Shown here piece after piece: positions 1-8,101 of a DNA stretch of 64,000 nt. The stretch covers positions 2,661,937 to 2,725,936 of the forward strand of contig JAOSJL010000001.1 of the NCBI GenBank assembly GCA_027494115.1. The letters are read 5' to 3'. The DNA is from Acidimicrobiia bacterium (GTDB taxonomy: Bacteria > Actinomycetota > Acidimicrobiia > IMCC26256 > JAOSJL01). Positions within the stretch are counted from its first letter, which is position 1. Each line of letters starts with the position of its first letter. The position numbers and the translations under genes are program-made. The notes under the pieces are model-generated. The model did no database searches. It worked only from the letters and a program-made list of their open reading frames with translations, and was not told where the DNA came from.

Positions 1-63
1 CGCGTGCGGGAGAACCGCGTCGGGCCGGATCCTTCGAACCTCGATGTCCATGGGCCCGTCAGC

Positions 64-672
64 CTAGAGGGCGAGATCGGCCGCCAACTCTGAACGCTGG
101 GCCGGGCTCAGCTCGACGGACTCGCGGTACTCAGCGTGGGTGATCTCGAGGAACGCCGGGCCTTCGCGCAAGGCAGCAGCTTGAGTGGGCGTGAAGCGGA
201 ACTTCACGTAGTGCACCGCCGGTGTCGTCTCGTCCTCGCGGGTGAGGCGCTCCTCGTCTTCGGGGATGCTGTCGACGCTGTTGTCGACGCCGTTCTCGGC
301 ACCGTCGCCGGATCCGAAGCGGAAACGCACGTGGCGCTGGACCCCGACGAGCTTGGGCAGCCACTCCCGCAGCTGATCGTCGCTCGTGAGCTCGAGGAAC
401 AACGTGGCCGACAGCTCTCCCGGGTCGGGGATGAGCTCGTTGTAGACCTCGACCTCGTGAGCGATCTGCTCGTCGCGCAGCATGCGCTCGGCGCGGGCCA
501 TCTCCTGGATCTGGAACCGGACGGTGTCGGCGTTCTCGAACGTGAGGGTCACGATCGTTCCGAGGTGGATCCGGCGACGCTTCTTCAGCTCGATGACGTG
601 TCGTCGGAACGCGTCGCGCTCACGCTCGTAGGCGCGCAGATCGACGATGTCGTGGACGGTGAGCTTCTGCAC
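64..672 (-). CDS. DUF3501 family protein
   Basis: Same frame as track ORF 64..810. The first 46 codons overlap the upstream gene and are P/R/S/T-rich junk. GTG at 672 (VQKLTVHDIVDLRAYERERDAFRRHVIELKKRR...) lies 13 nt after the upstream stop, with an AGGGGA SD-like element about 8 nt upstream. Family recalled from the sequence and its usual neighbours (CCG Fe-S protein, rubrerythrin); not verified by search. Confidence 0.75.
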   Translation of the reverse strand: MQKLTVHDIVDLRAYERERDAFRRHVIELKKRRRIHLGTIVTLTFENADTVRFQIQEMARAERMLRDEQIAHEVEVYNELIPDPGELSATLFLELTSDDQLREWLPKLVGVQRHVRFRFGSGDGAENGVDNSVDSIPEDEERLTREDETTPAVHYVKFRFTPTQAAALREGPAFLEITHAEYRESVELSPAQRSELAADLAL

Positions 673-685
673 GGGAGCGTCCCCT

Positions 686-1960
686 TCAGTCGTCGTCGGG
701 GATGCCGTAAGCGCGGGCGAGAAGCTGGATCGGATGCGTGGGACCACGCCCGGTCGCCTCGTCGATCGCGGTGTTGGCGAGGTGACAGTCACCCGCGACG
801 ACGGTGGCATCGGATTCCTCGACCCTGCGCATCAGCGGCGTGGCCACCTTGCGCGCCAGTTCGACGTTTTCGGCCCGCAGACCCCACGTCCCGTCGATCG
901 CGGAGCACTTCTCCACGATCTCGACCTCGGCGCCCGTGAGCTCGAGCAACTGCTTGCTGCGCGGGCCCATCTGCTGAGCCCGGTAGTGACAGGCCGCGTG
1001 CCACACGATCGACTCCGGGACATCGCCGTCGAAGTCGGTGTCGAGCTCGTCGTTCCGGTGCAGACCCATGAGGTGCTCGCTGACGTCCTGCACCGAGTCG
1101 GCCACACGCCGGGCGGCGTCGGTCTGGAGGTACTCCGGGTACTCCTTCTTCAGGACGTACGCGCACGTGGGCTGCGGAACGATGATCGGCCGACCGGCGG
1201 TGGCGGCATCGTCGAGTACCTCCACGTTCCGTTTCGCGTGCTTCATGAACCGGTCGACGTCGCCGGCGTCGAGCCATGGCATCCCGCAGCACACCTGACC
1301 CTCCGGCAGGTCGCAACCGATCCCGTTGTGCTCGTACACGCCGACCATGTCTTTGCCGATCGCGGGCTCCTGGTATTCGACGATGCACGTGGGGAAGAGC
1401 GTGACCTCACCCTTGGGCGGATCGGGACGGCGGGGATGCCGACCGAACCACCGTGAGAACCGGACCTTGGCGAAGTTCGGCAGCACGCGGTCGGCGGCGA
1501 TGCCGACGGTCTTCTCCATGGCCCGGCGAATCCACGGCGTGCGGTTGGCGGCGTTGACCGCCCCCGCCATCTTCGACGCCACCTTCCCCTGGAGGTCGGT
1601 GCGGGCCAGCACGTTCGCGGACCGGTCGACCTTGCCCTCGGCACGCTGGATCGACAACGACCGCATCATGAGGCGCGGGAAGTCGAGATCCCACTCGTGG
1701 GGCGGAACGTACGGGCACTTCAGGTAGCAGAGCTTGCACTGGTAGCACTCCCCGACGATGCGGTCGTGCTCGTCGCCGGTGAGGGCGTGCGGGTCATCGC
1801 CGTGCACCTCGTCGATCAGGTCGAAGAGCGTCTCGAACGACGGGCACAGGTTCCAGCAGAGCCGACAGCCGTGACATAGGTCGAAGACGCGGTCGCGCTC
1901 GACGCGCGCGTCGGCCGCGTCGAGATATACCCGATCGTGTGGGTCGTAGGTCGTGGTCAT
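686..1960 (-). CDS. (Fe-S)-binding protein, HdrD/GlpC/GlcF-like (2x[4Fe-4S] ferredoxin + two CCG domains)
   Basis: Track ORF 686..2170 trimmed to ATG 1960 ([14 protein letters not shown]...). Two CxxCxxCxxxCP motifs ([24 protein letters not shown]) are followed by Cys-rich CCG-type segments (PTCIVEY...VCCGMPW; PQPTCAYV...HAACHY). Confidence 0.85.
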   Translation of the reverse strand: MTTTYDPHDRVYLDAADARVERDRVFDLCHGCRLCWNLCPSFETLFDLIDEVHGDDPHALTGDEHDRIVGECYQCKLCYLKCPYVPPHEWDLDFPRLMMRSLSIQRAEGKVDRSANVLARTDLQGKVASKMAGAVNAANRTPWIRRAMEKTVGIAADRVLPNFAKVRFSRWFGRHPRRPDPPKGEVTLFPTCIVEYQEPAIGKDMVGVYEHNGIGCDLPEGQVCCGMPWLDAGDVDRFMKHAKRNVEVLDDAATAGRPIIVPQPTCAYVLKKEYPEYLQTDAARRVADSVQDVSEHLMGLHRNDELDTDFDGDVPESIVWHAACHYRAQQMGPRSKQLLELTGAEVEIVEKCSAIDGTWGLRAENVELARKVATPLMRRVEESDATVVAGDCHLANTAIDEATGRGPTHPIQLLARAYGIPDDD

Positions 1961-2057
1961 CGCCCCGTCTTCCCCGTCCTGTCGGTGTCGTCGTGTCGTC
2001 GGTGTCGGCGTCGTCGTCGGTGTCGCTGGTTTCGTCGGCGAAATGCCGGGAGCGTGT

Positions 2058-2082
2058 GGAGGGGCCGACGAGCGGCCCCTCC
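2058..2082 (-). terminator. GC-rich hairpin downstream of the rubrerythrin gene (putative intrinsic terminator)
   Basis: GGAGGGGCCG-acgag-CGGCCCCTCC is a perfect 10-bp stem, 13 nt after the rubrerythrin stop on the minus strand. No U-tract follows. Confidence 0.5.
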
Positions 2083-2094
2083 CCGCTCTCCGAC

Positions 2095-2514
<420 letters not shown>

Positions 2515-2552
2515 CGCTTCTCCTATCTTGTCGGTTTTCTGAGTCTCTCTTC

Positions 2553-2583
2553 GAGAACGGTCTTCCAGAACAGTCTTGAACGG
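2553..2583 (-). promoter_or_regulatory. Tandem 13-bp direct repeats in the rubrerythrin upstream region (candidate regulator site)
   Basis: GAGAACGGTCTTC / CAGAACAGTCTTG / AACGG... lie in the lower-GC 80-bp spacer between the Fur-family stop (2595) and the rubrerythrin start (2514). Confidence 0.3.
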
Positions 2584-2594
2584 TGGGTCGGCAC

Positions 2595-3035
2595 TCAGTT
2601 GGTCGCCGATGCGCAAGCGTCGCACACTCCCCGGTAGTTGACCTCGACGCTGTCGACCGAGAAGCCGTGGCGATCGCGGGCCGAGACGCGCGGCGTGGTC
2701 TCGGGCATCGGGACGTCGCGGATCATCCCGCACCGGACGCACACGAGGTGGTGGTGGGCCTGCTCGATGTTGGGATCGACACGCTGCGTGCCTGTTCCGA
2801 GATCGATGAGCCGAACCTCACCCATGTCAGCCAGGTCGTGGACCGTCTGGTACACGGTCTTCAGCGACACCGTGGTCATCTCCGCCCGGACACGGTCGTG
2901 GAGCACCTCGACCGTGGGGTGTGAGTCGTCGCCCCAGAGGTGCCGGAAGATGCACTCACGTTGGGGGGTGACGCGCAGGCCCTCGGCGCGGAACCGGTCG
3001 GTGAGCAGCTCGGGTGTCTTCACGTCGCCCACCAT
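2595..3035 (-). CDS. Fur family transcriptional regulator (PerR-like by context)
   Basis: Track ORF 2595..3269 trimmed to ATG 3035 ([33 protein letters not shown]...). [10 protein letters not shown] and CDAC metal-binding motifs are typical of Fur/PerR/Zur. The peroxide role is inferred only from adjacency to rubrerythrin. Confidence 0.85.
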   Translation of the reverse strand: MVGDVKTPELLTDRFRAEGLRVTPQRECIFRHLWGDDSHPTVEVLHDRVRAEMTTVSLKTVYQTVHDLADMGEVRLIDLGTGTQRVDPNIEQAHHHLVCVRCGMIRDVPMPETTPRVSARDRHGFSVDSVEVNYRGVCDACASATN

Positions 3036-3122
3036 ATCACCAACGATTGTCGTTAGACAAGTCGAGTCAGACGACAGCTCCTGAGCATAGCCGCACAGGT
3101 CGGGCACGCGAGACTGACCGGC

Positions 3123-3632
3123 GTGTTCGTCACGAACCACGTGTACGCGGGTGCGATCATCGGAGCGCTGTGTGAGGACCGGGCGGGCTCCGCGTTCCTG
3201 GCGGGCTTCGCCTCGCACATCGCCATGGATGCGATGCCCCACTGGGGTGACGACACGATGACGCTCCACGACCCGCGCTTCGAGCGGATCGCCCGCCGGG
3301 ACGGCGTGCTCGGCCTGGCGTCGCTCATCGGGGTTGCCGCGACCTCACGGGGGCGGCGGCGGGCCGTGCTGGCCGGCATGGCCGGTGCCACGATCCTCGA
3401 CGCCGAAAAGCCCTGCCTGTTCTTCTTCGGGGTGAATCCGTTCCCGGCGTGGCTGGACCGTTTCCACCACTGGATCCAGCACGAGGCGCCCCACCGGATG
3501 CCACACGAGATCGCCGTGGGCGCCGCCCTCGCTGCTCTGACGGTGCCATTTCTCAGACGCCGAGTTCCCGCCGCAACGCGGCTTCGAACTCGGCGATCGC
3601 CTCGCCGGCGTGCTGTTCGCGCAGTGCGTTGA
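3123..3632 (+). CDS. hypothetical membrane protein (His/Asp-rich, possibly a metal-dependent hydrolase)
   Basis: GTG-start ORF with hydrophobic segments (VYAGAIIGAL, GVLGLASLIGVAA, AVGAALAALTV) and an HIAMDAMPHWGDD motif. The Arg-rich last ~25 aa overlap the convergent KARI gene by 80 nt, so the 3' end is uncertain. Confidence 0.5.
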   Translation: MFVTNHVYAGAIIGALCEDRAGSAFLAGFASHIAMDAMPHWGDDTMTLHDPRFERIARRDGVLGLASLIGVAATSRGRRRAVLAGMAGATILDAEKPCLFFFGVNPFPAWLDRFHHWIQHEAPHRMPHEIAVGAALAALTVPFLRRRVPAATRLRTRRSPRRRAVRAVR

Positions 3633-4542
3633 GCTTCGGATAGCCCTCGTCGCGCTCCGCGTCCCACTCGTCCGCGAACGTCCCGTTGGCGATGTTCTCC
3701 ACGAGCTCGTGCATCGTGGTGGCGAGATCGATGCCGTCATAGGCCTCGCGTCGGGACAACTGGCCGTACTGACTCGTCGGCGAGTGGTGCCGGAGCTGAC
3801 CGGCGTAGCCCTCCTCTCGGAGGAGCCGGTACGTGCGCTCCACCTCACCCGAGAGGAACAGTTCCACGAGGATCGCTTCGAGCGGGATACCCCGAGTGGA
3901 CATCTCGGTGACGAACGTCTGGTTCACGTGGGTGAGTGCGGGAGCAAGCGCCTGCTCGACGGCGAGGTCGAGGACGGCCTCCTGGCGCGCGGTGAGTTCG
4001 ATGGCGCTCTGCCGAAGCCCGCCGATCGCTTTGGCGACGGCGAGGGTACGGCCCCACGCGTTTCCGGAGAGATCGTGGTGCACGCCGACAGCGGAGATGA
4101 AGCCGGCTCCCTCCTGGTAGCAGCGACGGACCTCGGGTCCGAGCATGCGGGGAGCAACCATTCCGAGGTCACAATCCGGCTCGAAGCGACCGAACGCCGG
4201 CGTGTACCCACTGGCGACGACGACGAGCGCCTCACGGCGCGGAGCCAGGCCGAGATGAGGGATGACGTCGTCGGGAACGAGAACGCAGAGAACGTCGGCG
4301 TCGGAGGCGTCAGAGATCTCGTGGGCGGCGAAGCCTTCCTGCTCGGCCTGGTGGCGCGACTCGTCGGCGCGGACGTGGACCCGAACGTCGAGCCCTGAAT
4401 CGCGCAGGTTGAGTGCCCACGACCGGCCCTGGTTTCCGTAGCCGATGACGGCGACCGCCGCTCCGTCGAGGACACGGAGATCTCCGTCCTCCTCGTGAAA
4501 GATCCTCGTCACTGTCACACCCCGCTGATTTGATGCGTCCAT
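3553..4542 (-). CDS. ilvC: ketol-acid reductoisomerase (class I) paralog
   Basis: AVIGYGNQGRSWALNLRDSG NADPH-binding motif, with full-length KARI-like sequence through ...HSPTSQYGQLSR...FADEW. Start is ATG 4542 or GTG 4518. Not next to other ilv genes in this window. Confidence 0.85.
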   Translation of the reverse strand: MDASNQRGVTVTRIFHEEDGDLRVLDGAAVAVIGYGNQGRSWALNLRDSGLDVRVHVRADESRHQAEQEGFAAHEISDASDADVLCVLVPDDVIPHLGLAPRREALVVVASGYTPAFGRFEPDCDLGMVAPRMLGPEVRRCYQEGAGFISAVGVHHDLSGNAWGRTLAVAKAIGGLRQSAIELTARQEAVLDLAVEQALAPALTHVNQTFVTEMSTRGIPLEAILVELFLSGEVERTYRLLREEGYAGQLRHHSPTSQYGQLSRREAYDGIDLATTMHELVENIANGTFADEWDAERDEGYPKLNALREQHAGEAIAEFEAALRRELGV

Positions 4543-4575
4543 GGCGCGCGCTATTCGAACCTCAGGGACGCATCA
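4531..4575. repeat. Degenerate copy of a ~45-nt palindromic element (left flank of the DUF559 gene)
   Basis: TGATGCGTCC...tat...GGACGCATCA has 10-bp perfectly complementary outer arms. 34/45 positions are identical to the element at 5444-5488, with the same central TAT. It overlaps the start codons of both divergent genes (CATG at 4540-4543). Confidence 0.7.
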
Positions 4576-5446
4576 CATTTTCGAGGCCCAACATGGTCTC
4601 ATCACGCGGCAGCAGGCGCTACAAGCTGGCTTGTCACGAGGAATGATCGCGCGGCTACTCGCCGCCGGCACGTGGCATCGAGCAGATACAGCGGTCTACC
4701 GACTCGCGGGAGTACGACCAACATGGGAACAACGCCTGATGGCTTCGTGTCTTGCCGGGCACGCCGTCGCGTCCCACCGCGCCGCTGCGGCACTCTGGTC
4801 GTTCGCAGGATCGTCCCGCGATGTCGTGGAAGTCACGGCGCTGCGTCACCATCGGAGCAAGAACCCCGAGGTCTGATGTCACGAGTCGCAGACGCTCTTC
4901 GCTCAGGACGTCACCGAAATCGACAACCTTCCTGTCACGGCCCCAACTCGTACGCTCATCGACCTGGCCGTCGTGCTCGACTCCGCGGACCTCGAGATCG
5001 CTCTCGACGATGCGTTGCGGCGGAGTCTGACATCCATCCCACGCCTGAGAACGATGCTCGATGCCCTCGGTCCGCAGCGGCTCGGCAGTACTCGAATGCT
5101 GAGTGTCCTGGACGCCAGGCCCACACCCGGCGCTCTTCCGCAGAGCTACTTGGAGACAAGATTCGTACAACTCGTCCGCAGCGCGGGCCTTCCGGAAGCC
5201 GATCGGCAGTTCAGGGTGGAGAGCGCCGGCCGCATCGCGTATCTCGACTTCGCCTACCCCGCGAAGCGTCTGGCAATCGAGCTCGACGGCTATGAAGGAC
5301 ACGGCGGTCGTTCGGCGTGGCAGGCAGGACTTGAGCGTACGAACCGGATAAGTCAGGTCGGGTGGCGCTCGCTGCACTTCTCATCGACGGATGTCGAGCA
5401 ACGCCCCGAGGTCGTCATCGACCAGGTTCGGGCGGCTCTTCGGTAG
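4541..5446 (+). pseudogene. DUF559 (Vsr-like endonuclease domain) / AbiEi-like N-terminal domain protein, interrupted by an in-frame TGA
   Basis: Track ORFs 4541..4876 and 4973..5446 are in the same frame. Reading through TGA 4874-4876 gives ...RSKNPEV*CHESQTLFAQDVTEIDNLPVTAPTRTLIDLAVVLDS..., a continuous family-typical sequence ending in the DUF559 core (RIAYLDFAYPAKRLAIELDGYEGH). Confidence 0.8.
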
Positions 5447-5491
5447 TGCGTCCGTGAGGTTCGCTATGCGAACCTCACGGACGCACTACCG
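5441..5491. repeat. Perfect 24-bp-stem palindrome (right flank of DUF559; possible bidirectional terminator)
   Basis: CGGTAGTGCGTCCGTGAGGTTCGC-tat-GCGAACCTCACGGACGCACTACCG. It lies between the convergent stops at 5446 (+) and 5500 (-). Confidence 0.9.
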
Positions 5492-5499
5492 GGGAAGGG

Positions 5500-6227
5500 T
5501 CAGGTGTTGCGCATGAGTTTGTAGATGGGGGCGAACTGCTCCATCGTCTCTTCGGGAAGCGGGACGAGGTCGCCGATCTGGCGAGCTCCCCAGATGATCT
5601 CCGCCGTGCGTTCCACCAGTGACGCCACCTTCATCGCCGCCTCGGGTGTCGCTCCGACCGTGAGCAGACCGTGGTTCGCCATCAAGACCGCGCCGCGATC
5701 GCCGACCCATCGTGAAACCTCTTCGCCCAACTCGTCGCTTCCCGTGAGCCGGTAGTCCGCCACGGGGACGTCGCCACCGACGTAGATGTCGAACTCCTCG
5801 ATCACACACGGAATCGGCTGATGCGTGACCGCGAACATCGTGGCGAATTTCGCATGCGAGTGGATGACAGCGCCGATGTCGTCGTGCTTCCTCAGGCACG
5901 CCAGGTGCAGAGCCTTTTCGGTAGTCGGAGCCCGCTCCCTTCCAGGATCTCACCCTCGGAATCACACACGACCAGGTCGTCGAGTGTCATGACCTCGTAG
6001 TCCAGAGATGACGCGGTGAGCACGACGTTGCCGTCGGGGAGGCGGGCGGAAAGGTTGCCCGAGGTCCCTTCGACCAGACCGCGTCGGAGAAGCTCCTTGG
6101 CGGTACTGAGCAGCGACTCCTTCACCGACTTCACATCCCGAGCCGCGTCCTGGGCCGCGTCCTGGGCCGCGTCCTGGGCCGCGTCCTGGGCCGCGTCCTG
6201 GGCCGCATCGTCTGCAATCACGCCCAC
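5500..6227 (-). pseudogene. class II aldolase/adducin-family protein, frameshifted
   Basis: The N-part (track 5892..6227) has TSGNLSAR. The C-part frame (5500..5838) extends upstream to PTTEKALHLACLRKHDDIGAVIHSHAKFATMFAV. The two join if one C is added at the GG run 5927-5928. Span is 728 nt (3n+2). Confidence 0.8.
6142..6201. repeat. 12-bp tandem repeat x5 (encodes (DAAQ)5 at the aldolase N-terminus)
   Basis: GCCGCGTCCTGG is repeated five times perfectly, followed by a partial sixth unit. Confidence 0.95.
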
Positions 6228-7195
6228 ACCTCGGGGTTCGCCAAGTGATCGGGTCGCTCGCCACGTAGGATCCGCTCGAAGCCATCGGCCACGACCATCG
6301 ACTGTAGGACCTCGGTGTCATAGGTGGCACCCCCGATGTGAGGCGTGATCACGACGTTGCGCATCGAGAGCAGCTGATGGTCCTCGGGCAGGACTTCACC
6401 CTCGACGTGGTCGAGGCCCGCGCCACCGAGTTTTTCGGACTCCAGCGCCGATACGAGTGCATCGAGGTCGTGCAGACCGGCGCGGGCCGTGTTCAGGTAG
6501 ATCGCACCGTCACGCATCCGACCGAACTCGTCCGCCCCGATCATCCCGGTCGTCTCGTCGGTGACCCGCGCATGCATCGACACGACGTCGGATTCCTCGA
6601 GGAGGTCGTCGAGAGAGTGGGTCGCGTCCTCGGCGTATGGATCGTGGCTGATCACGCGCATCCCCAGGCCTTCCATCCGCCAGGCTGTCGCGCGACCGAC
6701 GGCGCCGAGACCCACGATCCCGAACGTGCGACCGGCGACCTGCCAGGCCCGGAAGCGCTGGTAGGGAATGAGACCGCCGGCGAACACGCGACCGGCTCGC
6801 ACATCGGCGTCGGCGAGCACCACGGAGCGGCTCACGGCGAAGAGGAGAGCTGCCGTCATTTCGGCGACGGCGTCGGCGTTGCGTCCCGGTGTGTGTACGA
6901 CCGGGATCCCGGCGGCCGTGGCGGCGGGGAGATCGACGTTGACGGGAGCACCCCGACACACGCCGATCGCCCGGAGCGGCTGGTCGAACACCGGTCCGTC
7001 GACCGCGTCGGCCTCGACGACGAGCAACTCGGCGCCCTCGGATTCGATGCGTGCGGCCAGGTCGTCGGCGGAGTAGATCCGTAGCGGCTTCTGGTCGATC
7101 CACGGATCGAGCACGACGTCGGCGATCGCGCGCAGGCGGTCGACCCCCGGCCCGCGCAGGGGCGCCGTCACGAGGGCGGTCGGCAATGTGGTCAC
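6218..7195 (-). CDS. D-isomer-specific 2-hydroxyacid dehydrogenase (PGDH/GyaR-like)
   Basis: GIVGLGAVGRATA NAD-binding motif, plus LNTARAG and ITPHIGGAT catalytic-region motifs. 325 aa. The stop overlaps the aldolase start by 10 nt. Confidence 0.85.
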   Translation of the reverse strand: MTTLPTALVTAPLRGPGVDRLRAIADVVLDPWIDQKPLRIYSADDLAARIESEGAELLVVEADAVDGPVFDQPLRAIGVCRGAPVNVDLPAATAAGIPVVHTPGRNADAVAEMTAALLFAVSRSVVLADADVRAGRVFAGGLIPYQRFRAWQVAGRTFGIVGLGAVGRATAWRMEGLGMRVISHDPYAEDATHSLDDLLEESDVVSMHARVTDETTGMIGADEFGRMRDGAIYLNTARAGLHDLDALVSALESEKLGGAGLDHVEGEVLPEDHQLLSMRNVVITPHIGGATYDTEVLQSMVVADGFERILRGERPDHLANPEVWA

Positions 7196-7272
7196 GTCGT
7201 TTCCCCAGGGTGGACCGGCAACAACCTGACTACCATCTCAGGTTTCGCGCCACCGGGGGTGAACCGACCGAC

Positions 7273-8082
7273 ATGGCGATCCATTACGAGTCTGGCGACG
7301 ACCACGTCGTGGTCATCACGATCGACCGGCCGGAGGCGAAGAACTCCGCGGACATGGAGCACTTCTTTCAGCTGCGGAGTGCCTGGGAGCGCTTCGGCGA
7401 GGACGATGATGCGTGGGTGGCGATCATCACCGGTGTCGGTGACGCCTTCTTCAGCGGCGCCGACCTCAAGCGCTACATCCCCGAGATCACGAAGCTCCAA
7501 GAGCAGATCGCCGAGGGCGACATCGAGGAGATCCATGGCTACCGCCTCGACGACGGCGTCAGGGCGGTCCTGCGTGGCGTCAAGCTCTACAAGCCGATCA
7601 TCGCCGCCGTGAACGGCTACTGCACGGCCGGCGGCATGGAGATGCTCGGCGGGATCGACATCCGCATCGCCGTTCCGGATGCGAAGTTCGCCGTCATGGA
7701 ACCCAAGCGCGGCCTCTTCGCCGGCGGCGGCACGACCGTGCGGCTTCCACGCCAGATCAGCTACCCGCACGCCATGGAGTTCCTGCTCTGCGCCGATCTC
7801 GTTCCGGCGGAGCGCGCACTCGAGATGGGTCTGCTCAACGAGGTCGTCGAACCGGATCAGCTCATGGACCGCGCCCACGAGTACGCCCGACGCATCACCG
7901 CCAACGCTCCCCTCGCGGTCCAGGCCACGAAGCGCAGCGTCCTCGAGGGCCTGGCGACCGACATGCGTAGCGCCTACAAGAACGAGAGCGCGATCGCCGC
8001 CGAGATCTTCCAGACGGAGGACGCGCGGGAGGGTCCGAAAGCCTTCACCGAAAAGCGCGATCCCGTCTGGAAAGCGCGCTGA
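7273..8082 (+). CDS. enoyl-CoA hydratase/isomerase (crotonase) family protein
   Basis: Track ORF 7051..8082 trimmed to ATG 7273 (MAIHYESGDDHVVVITIDRPEAKNS...). ITGVGDAFFSGADL and AAVNGYCTAGGMEM are crotonase motifs. Confidence 0.85.
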   Translation: MAIHYESGDDHVVVITIDRPEAKNSADMEHFFQLRSAWERFGEDDDAWVAIITGVGDAFFSGADLKRYIPEITKLQEQIAEGDIEEIHGYRLDDGVRAVLRGVKLYKPIIAAVNGYCTAGGMEMLGGIDIRIAVPDAKFAVMEPKRGLFAGGGTTVRLPRQISYPHAMEFLLCADLVPAERALEMGLLNEVVEPDQLMDRAHEYARRITANAPLAVQATKRSVLEGLATDMRSAYKNESAIAAEIFQTEDAREGPKAFTEKRDPVWKAR

Positions 8083-8101
8083 GAGGAGCGATCGAAGGCC
8101 C

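Noticed and set aside
1965-2040. (GTCG/GTC)n-like low-complexity stretch upstream of the Fe-S gene as a functional repeat.
   Set aside because: It is irregular with no defined unit. It is most simply compositional low complexity in a 5' UTR or spacer.
4874-4876. In-frame TGA in the DUF559 gene as selenocysteine or programmed read-through.
   Set aside because: No stable SECIS-like hairpin was seen immediately downstream, and I do not know this family to contain Sec. A single nonsense substitution (for example CGA or TGG to TGA) explains it.
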